64,000 nucleotides of DNA from Pseudomonadota bacterium (GCA_021845805.1 JAJZVD010000008.1:2739-66738), one strand, 5' to 3'. Shown: positions 19,921 to 30,978, counted from the stretch's first letter. The notes: generated by a model from the letters alone, not told the origin. Numbers and translations: made by a program.

Positions 19921-21228
19921 TTACATCCCGGGATACAGCGGGAAGCGGGCGCAGAGGGCGGCCACCTTGGCGCGCACCGCGGCCTCGACCTGGGCGTTGC
20001 CCTCCTCGCCATGCGCGGCCAGACCGTCCACCACCTCGACGATCCAGTCGGCGATCTGGCGGAACTCGGGTTCGGCGAAGCCGCGGGTGGTGCCCGCCGG
20101 GGTGCCCAGACGGATGCCCGAGGTGACAAAGGGCTTTTCCGGGTCGAACGGCACGCCGTTCTTGTTGCAGGTGATGTGGGCGCGGCCCAGTGCGGCCTCG
20201 GCGGCCTTGCCGGTCACCTTCTTCGGGCGCAGGTCGGCCAGCATCAGGTGGTTGTCGGTGCCGCCCGAGACGATGTCGATCCCGCCCTTCAGAAGCTGGT
20301 CGGCCATCGCCTTGGCGTTCGCCACGACCTGCGCGGCATAGGTCTTGAACTCGGGCCGCAGCGCCTCGCCGAAGGCCACGGCCTTGGCGGCGATCACATG
20401 CATCAGCGGGCCGCCCTGCAGGCCGGGGAACACCGCGGAATTCACCTTCTTGGCGATGTCCTCGTGGTTGGTCAGGATCAGCCCGCCGCGCGGGCCGCGC
20501 AGCGACTTGTGGGTGGTGGTCGTGACCACATGCGCATGGGGCAGCGGCGAGGGGTGCTGGCCGCCCGCGACAAGCCCCGCGATATGGGCCATGTCGACCA
20601 TCAGATAGGCGCCCACCTCATCCGCGATGGCGCGGAAGGCGGCCCAGTCCCAGGTGCGCGAATAGGCGGTGCCGCCGGCCACGATCAGCTTCGGCTTGTG
20701 CTCCAGCGCCTTTTCGCGGACCGCGTCGAGATCCAGCATCTGATCCTGCGCGCGCACGCCGTAAGAGACGACGTTGAACCACTTGCCCGACATGTTCACC
20801 GGCGAGCCGTGGGTCAGGTGGCCGCCCGAGTTCAGGTCCAGCCCCATGAACGTGTCGCCGGGCTTCAGCAGCGCCAGGAAGACCGCCTGGTTCATCTGGC
20901 TGCCCGAGTTCGGCTGGACGTTGGCATAGGCGCAGCCGAACAGCGCCTTGGCGCGCTCGATCGCCAGCGTCTCGGCCACGTCGACATACTGGCAGCCGCC
21001 GTAGTAGCGCTTGCCGGGATAACCTTCGGCATACTTGTTCGTCATCACCGAGCCCTGCGCCTCGAGCACGGCGCGGCTGACGATGTTTTCCGAGGCGATT
21101 AGCTCGATCTCGTCGCGCTGGCGGCCAAGCTCGGCGCGGATGGCGCCGAAGATTTCCGGGTCGCGGGTTTCCAGCGCTTCGGTGAAGAAGCCGGCATCGC
21201 GTTGGGCAGCGTGGGTCGGGGCGTTCAT
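19921..21228 (-). CDS. glyA: Serine hydroxymethyltransferase
   Basis: [45 protein letters not shown]; GGAGGAG RBS before ATG 21228. Confidence 0.99.
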   Translation of the reverse strand: MNAPTHAAQRDAGFFTEALETRDPEIFGAIRAELGRQRDEIELIASENIVSRAVLEAQGSVMTNKYAEGYPGKRYYGGCQYVDVAETLAIERAKALFGCAYANVQPNSGSQMNQAVFLALLKPGDTFMGLDLNSGGHLTHGSPVNMSGKWFNVVSYGVRAQDQMLDLDAVREKALEHKPKLIVAGGTAYSRTWDWAAFRAIADEVGAYLMVDMAHIAGLVAGGQHPSPLPHAHVVTTTTHKSLRGPRGGLILTNHEDIAKKVNSAVFPGLQGGPLMHVIAAKAVAFGEALRPEFKTYAAQVVANAKAMADQLLKGGIDIVSGGTDNHLMLADLRPKKVTGKAAEAALGRAHITCNKNGVPFDPEKPFVTSGIRLGTPAGTTRGFAEPEFRQIADWIVEVVDGLAAHGEEGNAQVEAAVRAKVAALCARFPLYPGM

Positions 21229-21447
21229 GCGTCTCCTCCGGGGCCAAAAGGGATCTTGCGGTGTGTAGCCGATGAAGGCCTGTGTCGAAAGGGCGGAAAG
21301 CGACGCCAAAGGCCCTGCGCGCGAAACCGCCGCAGGGCTTTGGAAACCCGCGACGCGAATCGGCGCCCCCGCGGCCGCGACCATGCAGGGGGTTGAGTTC
21401 CCGCGCGCGGGCTGAAAACACTGGCGCGTGCTTCCGGGGAGGACGCG

Positions 21448-22221
21448 ATGACGACAGGGGCGCAGGGCCGGGTCCACTTCACGGCCGCCGACACGCCAGA
21501 GGCGAAGACGGCGCTGGACGCCTTGGTGGCACAGTATGGCCAGTATCCGCTGGGCGAGGCCGGGTGCATCGTGGCCCTGGGGGGCGACGGGTTCATGCTG
21601 CAGACGCTGCACGCCACCGAGCGGCGCGACATCGCCGTCTATGGCATGAACTGCGGCACCATCGGCTTTCTGATGAACGAGTTCAGCGTCGAGAACCTGC
21701 ACGCGCGCCTTGCCGCGGCCGAAGAGGCGGTCATCAACCCGCTGTCGATGCAGGCGGTGGATGCGCGCGGGCAGACCCATCAGGCGCTGGCGATCAACGA
21801 GGTCTCGCTGCTGCGACAGGGGCCGCAGGCGGCGAAGCTCAGGATCTCGATCGACGGCACGGTCAGGATGGAAGAGCTGATCTGCGACGGCGCGCTGCTC
21901 TGCACCCCGGCGGGGTCGACGGCCTACAACTATTCGGCGCACGGGCCGATCCTGCCGATCGGGTCCGATGTGCTGGCGCTGACGGCGATGGCGGCCTTTC
22001 GGCCCCGCCGCTGGCGCGGGGCGATCCTGCCGAAGGCGGCGGTGGTGCGGTTCGACATCCTCGAGGCGGCCAAGCGGCCGGTGATGGCGGATGCCGATGG
22101 CCGGTCGGTGCCCGATGTCATCTCGGTCGAGATCCGCAGCGAGCCGGACGTGCGCCACCGCATCCTGTTCGACCCGGGCCACGGGCTCGAGGAACGGCTT
22201 TACCGCGAGCAGTTCACCTGA
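21448..22221 (+). CDS. nadK: NAD kinase
   Basis: [32 protein letters not shown]. Confidence 0.95.
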   Translation: MTTGAQGRVHFTAADTPEAKTALDALVAQYGQYPLGEAGCIVALGGDGFMLQTLHATERRDIAVYGMNCGTIGFLMNEFSVENLHARLAAAEEAVINPLSMQAVDARGQTHQALAINEVSLLRQGPQAAKLRISIDGTVRMEELICDGALLCTPAGSTAYNYSAHGPILPIGSDVLALTAMAAFRPRRWRGAILPKAAVVRFDILEAAKRPVMADADGRSVPDVISVEIRSEPDVRHRILFDPGHGLEERLYREQFT

Positions 22222-22222
22222 G

Positions 22223-23638
22223 CTATTCCGCCGCCTCGGGCGGTTCCTGGCCAGGCCAGCTTTCCCGCTTGCGGTAGAGCGTCGAGGGCGACACCCCCAG
22301 CACGCGCGCCGCGCGCGGCACCGATCCGCCCTCGGCGGCGATCGTCGCCTCGATCACGATCTGCTCGATCTCGGCCAGCGTCCGCCCGACAAGCCCGCCC
22401 AGCGTCGGCCCGGCCAGGGCGTCCGCCGCCGCCGCCGCCGCCGCCGCGACGGCGGGCCGCGGCAGGCTTGTCGCCGTCTGCTGAAGATCCGGGGGCAGCA
22501 TCGGCAGGGTGACGCTGTCGCCCTCGTTCAACACCACGACGTTGCGCAGCACGTTGAGCAACTGGCGCACGTTGCCGGGCCAGGGCAGCCGGCAGAACAG
22601 GTCGGCCACCTCGGGCGAGAGCGTCTGAAACGCGCGCCCCTCTTCGGCCGAGAGCGTCTTCAGGGCGGTTTCGGCGATCTCGACCACGTCATCCCCGCGC
22701 TCGCGCAGCGGCGGCATGTGGATCGGCACCACATGCAGGCGGTAGTACAGATCCTCGCGGAAGCGGCCGCGGCGGACCTCCTCCATCGGATCGCGGTTGG
22801 TGGCGCAGACGATGCGCACGTTCACCTTGCGGGGCCGGGTGGCGCCGACCGGCTGGACCGTCGAGGTCTGCAGGAAGCGCAGCAGCTTGGTCTGCAGCGA
22901 AAGGTCCATCTCGCAGACCTCGTCAAGAAAGAGCGTGCCGCCGTCGGCCGCCGCCGCCGCCCCCATCTTGTCGGCAATGGCCCCGGTGAACGAGCCGCGC
23001 AGATGGCCGAACACCTCGGATTCCAGCAGGTCTGACGGGATCGCGCCGCAGTTCAGCGCGATGAAGGGGCCGCTTGCCCGGCTTGACTGGGCGTGAATCG
23101 CCTGGGCGCACAGTTCCTTGCCGGTGCCGCTTTCGCCGGTGATGAACACCGTCGCCATGGATCGCGCGACCGACCGGATCTTGGAATAGACCGCGGTCAT
23201 CACCGGCGAGCGGCCGACAAAATCGCCCAGCGGGGCCGGGGGTTCGGGCCGCGGGCCACTGCCGGCGCCCTGCAAGCGGGCGGCGTTTTCCACCGCGTGC
23301 AGGAAGCGCTGGTCGTCGAACGGCTTCACCAGGAACTCATGCGCCCCCGCGCGCATCGCCTCGACCGCCTTGTTGATCGACCCGTTGGCGGTGATCACGA
23401 TCACCGCGCTGTCGGGGCGCAGGCGCAGCATGTCGGCCATCAGGTCAAGCCCGTCGCGGTCGGGCAGCATCAGATCCAGCAGCACGACCGAAACCGGCTG
23501 TTCGCGGAAAAGCCGCAGCCCCTCTTCGGCGGTGTCGGCGGTCAGCACCTCGTAGCCTGCGCTGCGCAGGATGGTTTCATAGACCATCTGAAGCGAGGGC
23601 GTGTCTTCGATCAGCAGCAGCGGGCGCGCTTCGGTCAT
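22223..23638 (-). CDS. Sigma54-dependent response regulator (REC-AAA+-HTH), LuxO-like
   Basis: LIEDT...LLDL.LPD REC domain; [41 protein letters not shown]; C-terminal Fis-type HTH. Confidence 0.93.
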   Translation of the reverse strand: MTEARPLLLIEDTPSLQMVYETILRSAGYEVLTADTAEEGLRLFREQPVSVVLLDLMLPDRDGLDLMADMLRLRPDSAVIVITANGSINKAVEAMRAGAHEFLVKPFDDQRFLHAVENAARLQGAGSGPRPEPPAPLGDFVGRSPVMTAVYSKIRSVARSMATVFITGESGTGKELCAQAIHAQSSRASGPFIALNCGAIPSDLLESEVFGHLRGSFTGAIADKMGAAAAADGGTLFLDEVCEMDLSLQTKLLRFLQTSTVQPVGATRPRKVNVRIVCATNRDPMEEVRRGRFREDLYYRLHVVPIHMPPLRERGDDVVEIAETALKTLSAEEGRAFQTLSPEVADLFCRLPWPGNVRQLLNVLRNVVVLNEGDSVTLPMLPPDLQQTATSLPRPAVAAAAAAAADALAGPTLGGLVGRTLAEIEQIVIEATIAAEGGSVPRAARVLGVSPSTLYRKRESWPGQEPPEAAE

Positions 23639-25206
23639 GGGGCCTCCCGGGATGGATGGAGTTGCCCCGAGACGAAATGGATCAGGTCATCCAGCAGGCC
23701 CAGCACCTGCTGGCCAAGGGGGGCAAGCGCGGCAGCATCGTGGCGGTGGGCGGCCGCGTTCAACCGGTGGGCCTGCTGCATCAGCCCGTCGGCGCCGACC
23801 GCGCCCGCGATGGCGATCAGGACATGGGTCTGCGAGCGGATCGTGGTTCGGTCGGGTTCGGCCAGCCCCTGGACCAGCCCGCGCTCGACCCCCTGCAGGT
23901 CGGACATCAGCCGGGTCAGCAGTTCGGCCCGCCCGTCGGCGCCGGCAATGTCGAGCAGCGCCTGAAAGCGCGACACGTCCATCAGCGGGCGGTCGCCATC
24001 GGGTTCGTCCGGGGCGTCGTCGGGGGTCCGGGCCTGGCGCAGAAGGTTGGCGATGGCGGCGGCAAAGGGCTCCATCCCGCCGACCGGCTTGGCCAGGATG
24101 CTGTCGGCCCCCGCGGCGTAGATCGCCTCGCGGTTGGCGCGCAGCACATAGGCGGTGACGGCCATCACCGGCATCCGCGCCCGGGCGCCGCCCGCGGCGC
24201 GGATCGCGCGCATCACCTCGATGCCGGTCAGGTGGGGCATCTCGATGTCGATCAGGGCAAAATCGAAGGCCTCTGTCTCCAGCCGGTGCAGCGCCTCGAC
24301 CCCGTCCGATGCCACCGCCACCTCGGCCCCCAGCGCGTTCAGCATCAGGCCCAGGATGATCTGGTTGGTTTCGCTGTCGTCGGCCACCAGAACCTTCATC
24401 CCGCTCAGGTCGGGCAGGCCCGAGCGCGGCGCCGAGGCGCCCGGCGCGGGGCGCCAGGCCTCGGGCGGCAGGATCACCAGCACCTCGGCCCCGCCTGCCG
24501 TGCGGTTGCGCACCCGGACCTCGGCGCCAAGGCGGTCGGCCATGGCCTTGGTGATGTGCAGGCCCAGGCCGCTGCCGGGCTTGTGCGGCTGGGCGGGACG
24601 GGCGGCATAGCGGAACAGCTGCGCCAATGCCTCGTCGCTGAAGCCAGGGCCATCGTCGCTGACGCGAAAGCCCAGCCTGTCGGCCGCGTCGCGCGTCACG
24701 CTCAGCTCGATCCGGCCCGCGTCGGTGTATTTCATCGCGTTGGACAGCACATTGGCCAGAATCCGTTCCAGCGCGATCCGGTCCAGCGCCACCACGCGCG
24801 GCAGGTCGGGCGCCGCGGCAAGGTGGAAGGCGATGCCCTTTTCGCGCGCATGGCCCGACCACCGCATCTCGACATCGTGCAGAAGCCGGTCCAGCACCAG
24901 GCTCACCGGGCGCGCATCGGTCACGTCCTCGCCCACCAGCGCGTCAAGCCCGTCTTCCAGCAGGCGGGCGAGCACCTCGGAGGCGGCGCGGATGCGGTCG
25001 AACTGCAGGCGGACGGGTTCGGCCATGTCGACCGGCTCGATCAGCCGCAGCCCGCCCACGATGTCAGAGACCGCCGCGCGCAGGTCATGGCCCAGAAGCG
25101 CCAGACGCGCCACGTCGCCCGTTGCCGCGCGGGCAACGCCATTCCCGCCATCGGCGGGCCGTCCCGGTTCTGCGGCCGCCCTCGGGGCGGCGGACTGGAG
25201 TGTCAC
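23635..25206 (-). CDS. Hybrid histidine kinase (HisKA-HATPase-REC-Hpt) without an obvious sensor domain; start uncertain
   Basis: H-box LGHDLR, N-box NVLSNAMKYT, DDGPGF, GSGLGL, REC VADD...IDIEMP...AKP, Hpt-like QTHVLIAIAGAVGA. In-frame GTG 25206 or TTG 25218 are the plausible starts; the stop overlaps the regulator ATG. Confidence 0.85.
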   Translation of the reverse strand: MTLQSAAPRAAAEPGRPADGGNGVARAATGDVARLALLGHDLRAAVSDIVGGLRLIEPVDMAEPVRLQFDRIRAASEVLARLLEDGLDALVGEDVTDARPVSLVLDRLLHDVEMRWSGHAREKGIAFHLAAAPDLPRVVALDRIALERILANVLSNAMKYTDAGRIELSVTRDAADRLGFRVSDDGPGFSDEALAQLFRYAARPAQPHKPGSGLGLHITKAMADRLGAEVRVRNRTAGGAEVLVILPPEAWRPAPGASAPRSGLPDLSGMKVLVADDSETNQIILGLMLNALGAEVAVASDGVEALHRLETEAFDFALIDIEMPHLTGIEVMRAIRAAGGARARMPVMAVTAYVLRANREAIYAAGADSILAKPVGGMEPFAAAIANLLRQARTPDDAPDEPDGDRPLMDVSRFQALLDIAGADGRAELLTRLMSDLQGVERGLVQGLAEPDRTTIRSQTHVLIAIAGAVGADGLMQQAHRLNAAAHRHDAAALAPLGQQVLGLLDDLIHFVSGQLHPSREAP

Positions 25207-25318
25207 GGCGGGGCTCAATTTCGGGTTGCAGTACGACCATGATACGCCACGATGAGGCGTTCGCCAACAACCGGGGCGATCAAAAGGCGTGGCACTATGC
25301 CCCGGAACCCCTGAAAAA

Positions 25319-27211
25319 TCAGGCTTTTGCCAAGCCAAGCCCGCGCAGGGCCGTGCGGATCTCGTCCAGGATGGCGGGGTCGTCGATGGTGGCAGGCGTC
25401 TTGAAGGGCGCGCCGTCGGCGATCTTGACCATGGTCGCGCGCAGGATCTTGCCCGAGCGGGTTTTGGGCAGGCGGTCCACCACACAGGCCAGCCTGAAGG
25501 CCGCCACCGGCCCGATCTGGTCGCGCACCAGCCCCACCACCTCTTTCACGATCTCGGACTGCGGGCGGTTGCAGCCCTTGTTGAGGCACAGAAGCCCCAG
25601 CGGCGCCTGCCCCTTCAACTCGTCCGCGATGCCGATCACGGCGCATTCGGCCACATCGGGGTGACTTGCCAGAACCTCTTCCATCGCGCCGGTCGACAGC
25701 CGGTGGCCCGCCACGTTGATCACGTCATCGGTGCGGGCCATGATGTAGACATAGCCGTCCTCGTCCACATAGCCCGCGTCGCCCGTCTCGTAATAGCCGG
25801 GGAAATGGCTGAGGTAGCTCTTGCGGAACCGGTCTTCGGCGTTCCAGAGCGTGGGCAGCGTGCCGGGCGGCAGCGGCAGCTTCACCACGATGGCGCCCAG
25901 CGTGCCGGGGGCGACGGGATGGCCGCCCTCGTCCAGCACCTGCACGTCATAGCCGGGCATGGCGACCGAGGGGCTGCCCACCTTCACTGGCAGAAGCTCG
26001 ATCCCCGCCGGGTTCGCGGCGATGGGCCAGCCGGTTTCGGTCTGCCACCAGTGGTCGATGACTGGCACCTTGAGCTTCTGCTGCGCCCATTCGACCGTCG
26101 CCGGGTCCGCCCGTTCGCCCGCAAGATAAAGCGCGCGCAGCGACGACAGGTCGTATTGCGCGATCATCCTGCCCTCGGGGTCGTCGCGCTTGATGGCGCG
26201 GAAGGCGGTGGGCGCGGTGAAGAAACTGGCCACGCGATGGTCGCGGATCACCCGCCAGAACGTGCCCGCATCGGGGGTGCCCACCGGCTTGCCTTCGAAC
26301 ACGATGGTGGTGTTGCCGTGGATCAGGGGGGCGTAGCAGATGTAGCTGTGGCCCACGACCCAGCCCACGTCGGAGGCGGCCCAGAACACCTCGCCGGGCT
26401 CGACCCCGTAGATGTTCTTCATCGTCCAGTTCAGCGCGACCAGATGTCCGGCGGTGGGGCGCACCACCCCCTTGGGCTGGCCTGTGGTGCCCGAGGTGTA
26501 GAGGATATACGCCGGGTGGTCGCCCTCGACCGGCACGCACTCGGCAGGCGCGACCCCGTACTGGAAGCTGTGCCAGGCCAGATCGCGGCCCTCGACCAGC
26601 CTTGCCACCTCCTGCTCGCGCTGAAGGATCACGCAGAAGTCCGGCTTGTGGGTGGCCATGTCGATCGCGCCATCCAGCAGCGGCTTGTAATGCACCACGC
26701 GCCCCGGCTCGATCCCGCAGGAGGCGGCAAGGATCGCCTTGGGCCTTGCATCGTCGATCCGCACCGCCAGTTCATGCGCGGCAAAGCCGCCGAACACGAC
26801 CGAATGGATCGCGCCCAGCCGCGCGCAGGCCAGCATCGCCTCCAGTGCCTCGGGCACCATCGGCATGTAGATGATGACGCGGTCGCCCTTGGTCACGCCG
26901 CGCGCCTTCAGCGCGCCGGCAAGGCTGGCCACGCGGGCCTGCAATTCGGCATAGGTGATCTTGTGCACCGTGCCGGTGACCGGGCTGTCGTGGATGATCG
27001 CCACCTGGCCGCCGCGCCCGGCCAGCACATGGCGGTCCACCGCGTTCCAGCAGGTGTTGACCAACCCGTCCTTGAACCATTCGTAAAGCGGCGCCGTGTC
27101 GGCAAAAAGCGCGCGCGAGGGTTTCCTGACCCAGTCGATGGCCTCGGCCGCCTGCATCCAGAACCGCTCGGGATCGGCCTTCCAGCCTGCGTAGATGTCC
27201 GCGTATGCCAT
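25319..27211 (-). CDS. prpE: Propionyl-CoA synthetase
   Basis: NTCWNAVDRHV, YTSGTTGQPKG, DHWWQTETG, GHRLSTGAMEEV, LPKTRSGKILR; GGAGG RBS. Confidence 0.92.
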   Translation of the reverse strand: MAYADIYAGWKADPERFWMQAAEAIDWVRKPSRALFADTAPLYEWFKDGLVNTCWNAVDRHVLAGRGGQVAIIHDSPVTGTVHKITYAELQARVASLAGALKARGVTKGDRVIIYMPMVPEALEAMLACARLGAIHSVVFGGFAAHELAVRIDDARPKAILAASCGIEPGRVVHYKPLLDGAIDMATHKPDFCVILQREQEVARLVEGRDLAWHSFQYGVAPAECVPVEGDHPAYILYTSGTTGQPKGVVRPTAGHLVALNWTMKNIYGVEPGEVFWAASDVGWVVGHSYICYAPLIHGNTTIVFEGKPVGTPDAGTFWRVIRDHRVASFFTAPTAFRAIKRDDPEGRMIAQYDLSSLRALYLAGERADPATVEWAQQKLKVPVIDHWWQTETGWPIAANPAGIELLPVKVGSPSVAMPGYDVQVLDEGGHPVAPGTLGAIVVKLPLPPGTLPTLWNAEDRFRKSYLSHFPGYYETGDAGYVDEDGYVYIMARTDDVINVAGHRLSTGAMEEVLASHPDVAECAVIGIADELKGQAPLGLLCLNKGCNRPQSEIVKEVVGLVRDQIGPVAAFRLACVVDRLPKTRSGKILRATMVKIADGAPFKTPATIDDPAILDEIRTALRGLGLAKA

Positions 27212-27354
27212 GGTATACCTCCTCGCCGCTGAACACTCCTTACGTTGAGTGGCGAGGGGGCGCAAGATTGTTGCGCGCGCAGAGTGTCGCAGGCGCGGGC
27301 GGTCCGGCGGCGGCAGCGGTGGGGCGACCGATGGCCGCCCCTGCGCCGCGCGCC

Positions 27355-29634
27355 TCAGCTGTAGCGCGACACCGGCGTGCCCGCGATGGCGGCGACGTTC
27401 AGCAGCCCGCGCGCGGTGATGGCCGGGGTCACGATATGGGCGCGGTTGCCCATGCCGATCAGGATCGGCCCCACCTCAAGCCCGTTGGCGCGCATCTTGA
27501 GGATGTTGCGCACCCCGTTCGCCGCATCGGTGTTGGCAAAGACCAGCACGTTCGCCGCGCCCTCGAACCGGGCCTGCGGAAAGACGCGGGCGCGCTGTTC
27601 GGGATCAAGCGCCGAGTCGATCGGCATCTCGCCTTCGTAGGTGAAGTCCGGCTCCATCGCGTCAAGGATGTCCATCGCCGCCCGCATCCGGAGCCCCGAC
27701 GAGGTGTCGAGGTTGCCGAACTGGCTGTGCGAGCACAGCGCGATCTTCGGCGTGATGCCGAAGCGACGGACGTGCCGGGCCGCGCCGACGACGGTATCGG
27801 CGATTTCCTGCGGCGTGGGTTCCGGGTGCACCTGGGTGTCGGCGATGAACAGGGGGCCGTCTTCCATGATCATCAGGCTGAGCGCGCCGACCGGCCGCAG
27901 CCCGCCGCGGGCCAGCACCTGGCGGACATAGTTCAGGTGCCACAGATACTGGCCGAAGGTGCCGCAGACCAGGCTGTCGGCCTCGTCGCGGTGGACCATG
28001 ACGGCGGCGATGGCGGTCGCGTTGGTCCGCATGATCGCCCGCGCGATGTCGGGGGTCACACCCCGGCGCTGCATCAGTTCGTGGTAGGTGCCCCAGTAGT
28101 CGCGATAGCGGGGGTCGTTTTCCGGGTTCACGATGGCAAAGTCGCGCCCCGGCCGGATCGGCAGGCCCGCGCGTTCGCAGCGGCGTTCCACCACCTCGGG
28201 GCGGCCGATCAGGATCGGCACCACGCTGGTTTCCTCGAGCATGGCGTTGGCCGCGCGCAGCACGCGCTCGTCCTCGCCCTCGGCAAAGACGATGCGGCGG
28301 GCGGCGCTGTTGGCGGCCTCGAACACCGGGCGCATGATCAGCGCGGAGCGGAAGACCGATCCGTCAAGCCGCGCCTTGTAGGCGGCAAGATCGGGCAGCG
28401 GCCGGGTGGCCACGCCGGTGTCCATCGCGGCCTTCGCCACGGCCGAAGCCACCACGCCCATCAGCCGGGGATCGAAGGGCTTCGGGATCAGGTAGTCGAT
28501 GCCGAAGGTCAGTTGTTCGCCGTGATAGGCGGCGGCGGCCTCGGCGCTGGTGGTGGCGCGGGCCAGCGCGGCGATGCCCTCGATGCAGGCCAGTTCCATC
28601 TCGTCGTTGATCGTGGTGGCGCCCACGTCCAGCGCGCCGCGGAAGATGAAGGGGAAGCAGAGGACGTTGTTGACCTGGTTGGGATAGTCCGACCGGCCGG
28701 TGGCGATGATCGCATCGGGGGCCACGGCGCGCGCCTCGTCGGGCATGATTTCCGGGCTGGGGTTGGCCAGCGCAAAGATGATCGGCCGCGGCGCCATGCG
28801 CTGCACCATCGCCTGCGTCAGCACGCCCTTGCCCGAAAGGCCCAGGAACAGGTCCGCGCCGTCGATCACCTCGTCCAGCGTGCGCTTGTCGGTGGCCTGG
28901 GCGAAATGCGCCTTGAGCGGGTTCATGTCGATCTCGCGGCCTTCGTAGACAAGGCCGTGGATGTCGCAAAGCCAGACGTTCTCGCGCTTGACCCCCAGCT
29001 TCAGCAGCATGTTGAGGCAGGCGATGCCCGCCGCCCCGCCGCCGGTCGACACGATCTTGATGTCGCCGAAGTTCTTGCCCGCCACCTTCAGCGCATTGGT
29101 GGCCGCCGCGCCCACCACGATCGCGGTGCCATGCTGGTCGTCGTGGAAGACGGGGATGTTCATCCGCTCGCGGCAGAGCTTTTCCACGATGAAGCAGTCG
29201 GGCGCCTTGATGTCTTCCAGGTTGATCGCGCCGAAGGTGGGTTCCAGCGCGCAGACCAGATCGGCCAGCTTCACCGGATCGGCTTCGTTCAGTTCGATGT
29301 CGAAGCAGTCGATGTTGGCGAATTTCTTGAAGAGCACGGCCTTGCCCTCCATCACCGGCTTCGAGGCCAGCGCGCCGATGTTGCCCAGGCCCAGGACGGC
29401 CGTGCCGTTCGACACCACGCCCACCAGGTTGCCGCGCGCGGTATAGCGGCTGGCGGTGGCGGGATCGGCCTTGATTTCCAGACAGGCTTCGGCGACGCCG
29501 GGCGAATAGGCGCGGGCCAGGTCGCGGCCGTTGGCCAGCGGCTTGGTGGCGCGGATCTCCAGCTTTCCGGGCTTGGGAAACTCGTGATAGTCGAGCGCCG
29601 CCTGCCGCGTCTTGTCCTGCCGAGCCTCTTCCAT
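27355..29634 (-). CDS. maeB: NADP-dependent malic enzyme with PTA-like C-terminal domain
   Basis: AYSPGVAE, SNGTAVLGLGNIG, KPVMEGKAVLFK, FHDDQHGTA, TGRSDYPNQVNN, RIVFAEGED. Confidence 0.97.
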   Translation of the reverse strand: MEEARQDKTRQAALDYHEFPKPGKLEIRATKPLANGRDLARAYSPGVAEACLEIKADPATASRYTARGNLVGVVSNGTAVLGLGNIGALASKPVMEGKAVLFKKFANIDCFDIELNEADPVKLADLVCALEPTFGAINLEDIKAPDCFIVEKLCRERMNIPVFHDDQHGTAIVVGAAATNALKVAGKNFGDIKIVSTGGGAAGIACLNMLLKLGVKRENVWLCDIHGLVYEGREIDMNPLKAHFAQATDKRTLDEVIDGADLFLGLSGKGVLTQAMVQRMAPRPIIFALANPSPEIMPDEARAVAPDAIIATGRSDYPNQVNNVLCFPFIFRGALDVGATTINDEMELACIEGIAALARATTSAEAAAAYHGEQLTFGIDYLIPKPFDPRLMGVVASAVAKAAMDTGVATRPLPDLAAYKARLDGSVFRSALIMRPVFEAANSAARRIVFAEGEDERVLRAANAMLEETSVVPILIGRPEVVERRCERAGLPIRPGRDFAIVNPENDPRYRDYWGTYHELMQRRGVTPDIARAIMRTNATAIAAVMVHRDEADSLVCGTFGQYLWHLNYVRQVLARGGLRPVGALSLMIMEDGPLFIADTQVHPEPTPQEIADTVVGAARHVRRFGITPKIALCSHSQFGNLDTSSGLRMRAAMDILDAMEPDFTYEGEMPIDSALDPEQRARVFPQARFEGAANVLVFANTDAANGVRNILKMRANGLEVGPILIGMGNRAHIVTPAITARGLLNVAAIAGTPVSRYS

Positions 29635-29657
29635 CGCCTTCTCCCCCGGGGTGGTTT

Positions 29658-29671
29658 GTTTAATGTTAAAC
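29658..29671. promoter_or_regulatory. AT-rich palindrome upstream of maeB (candidate operator)
   Basis: GTTTAA-TG-TTAAAC, 23 nt upstream of the maeB ATG. Confidence 0.45.
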
Positions 29672-29826
29672 TATCCTGCCGATCCCCGAAATAGCGTTTG
29701 CGCGAAGGCAGCTTCAAGGGGAACTTGCAAATCGTCCGCCCCGGCACTGTCGCGCCGCGGGGCCGCGGGGGCAAGATGGCGCGGGCAGGGCCGCGCGCAT
29801 TGCCGCCATTCCGCTTGTGACGCAGG

Positions 29827-29846
29827 TTGTTTTGAACTTGAAACAA
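29827..29846. promoter_or_regulatory. Inverted repeat upstream of the cupin-cdd operon (candidate operator)
   Basis: TTGTTT-N8-AAACAA, 49 nt upstream of ATG 29896. Confidence 0.4.
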
Positions 29847-29895
29847 TATTGCGCGCAGGCTAGCAGTTCGTGACATCATCCTCTGGGGGGGCATC

Positions 29896-30978
29896 ATGCA
29901 GAACATCCGGGCCGAGGTGCGGCTGCCGACGCGGGCTCTGACCGACGACATCCGCTTTTTCACCAGAACGCTGGGGATGCGGATGGACAGGATCTGGCCG
30001 GCCGACAACCCGCGGGTCGCCTGCTTTTCCGGCCACGGGCTGCGGCTCAGGCTGGAGGCGGGCGAGGGCACGCCCGGCTGCCTTGCGATCCTTGCCGATG
30101 ACCCGGTGCTGATCGCCGGGGGCGAAACACGGCTGACCGCGCCGGGCGGCACCGAGGTGGTGATCGAGCCGCTGGACCCGCCGGTGGTGATGCCGCCCAC
30201 GCAGCACGAATTCGTCGTCCGCAGGCTGGCCGACAAGGCGCCCTGGATCGTCGGCCGCGCCGGGATGCAGTACCGCGACCTGATCCCCTCGCGTCTTGGC
30301 GGGTCGATCATCGCCAGCCATATCCGCATCCCCGATGGCGGGCCGGTGCCCGACATGGTGCATTTCCACAAGGTCGGCTTCCAACTCATCTTCTGCTACA
30401 AGGGCTGGGTGGATGTGGTCTACGAGGATCAGGGCCCGAAGCGGCGGCTGACGGCGGGCGACTGCTTCATCCAGCCGCCGGAAATCCGCCACCGGGTGCT
30501 TGAGGCCTCGGACGGGATCGAGGTGATCGAGATCGGCGTTCCGGCCGAGCATGTGACCGAGATCGAGCACACGATCACCCTGCCCACGCCCCATCTGCGC
30601 CCCGAGCGGGAATGGGAGGGCCAGCGCTTCGTGCACAACCTGGCCGCGGGGGCCGTCTGGGCGCCCTACCGCCTGCCGGGCTTCATCGCGCGCGACACCA
30701 CCATCGCCGCCAACACCCGTGGCGTGGCGGGGGTGCAGGTGCTGCGCCGGGGCGACGGCCAGCCCGCCTGGACGCGCCACGATGCCGACATCCTCTTCAG
30801 CTTCGTGATGGCGGGGGGCATGACGCTGGAGGGCGAGGGGAAGGACCCCCATCCGCTGACCGCGGGCGATGCCTTCGTCATCCCGCCGGGCCTGGCCACC
30901 CGCTATGCCGACGCGACCGGGGATCTGGAGATCCTCGAGGTCGCGCTGCCCGGCGCCTTCCGCACCCAGACGCTCTGA
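29896..30978 (+). CDS. Bicupin protein with N-terminal VOC/glyoxalase-like segment
   Basis: N-terminal DIRFFTRTLGMRMDRIWPAD; cupin motif HFH...QLIFCYKGW...GDCFIQPP.IRH; second cupin HDADILF...GDAFVIPPG. Confidence 0.85.
   Translation: MQNIRAEVRLPTRALTDDIRFFTRTLGMRMDRIWPADNPRVACFSGHGLRLRLEAGEGTPGCLAILADDPVLIAGGETRLTAPGGTEVVIEPLDPPVVMPPTQHEFVVRRLADKAPWIVGRAGMQYRDLIPSRLGGSIIASHIRIPDGGPVPDMVHFHKVGFQLIFCYKGWVDVVYEDQGPKRRLTAGDCFIQPPEIRHRVLEASDGIEVIEIGVPAEHVTEIEHTITLPTPHLRPEREWEGQRFVHNLAAGAVWAPYRLPGFIARDTTIAANTRGVAGVQVLRRGDGQPAWTRHDADILFSFVMAGGMTLEGEGKDPHPLTAGDAFVIPPGLATRYADATGDLEILEVALPGAFRTQTL

Noticed and set aside
21229-21447. ZMP/ZTP or glycine riboswitch upstream of glyA
   Set aside because: The conserved elements (GACUGGCG...GGGGAGC with GCCUGGG; tandem GGAGA aptamers) are not present on the glyA strand; a partial ACTGGCG..CCGGGGAG lies on the other strand and is the NAD kinase RBS region.
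22423-22447. (GCC)n tract in the LuxO-like gene as a phase-variation site
   Set aside because: A trinucleotide repeat encoding a poly-Ala linker; slippage keeps the frame.
25085-25270. Frameshifted N-terminus (MVVLQPEIEP...) for the hybrid kinase
   Set aside because: No slippery site or homology evidence; in-frame GTG/TTG starts explain the gene without a frameshift.
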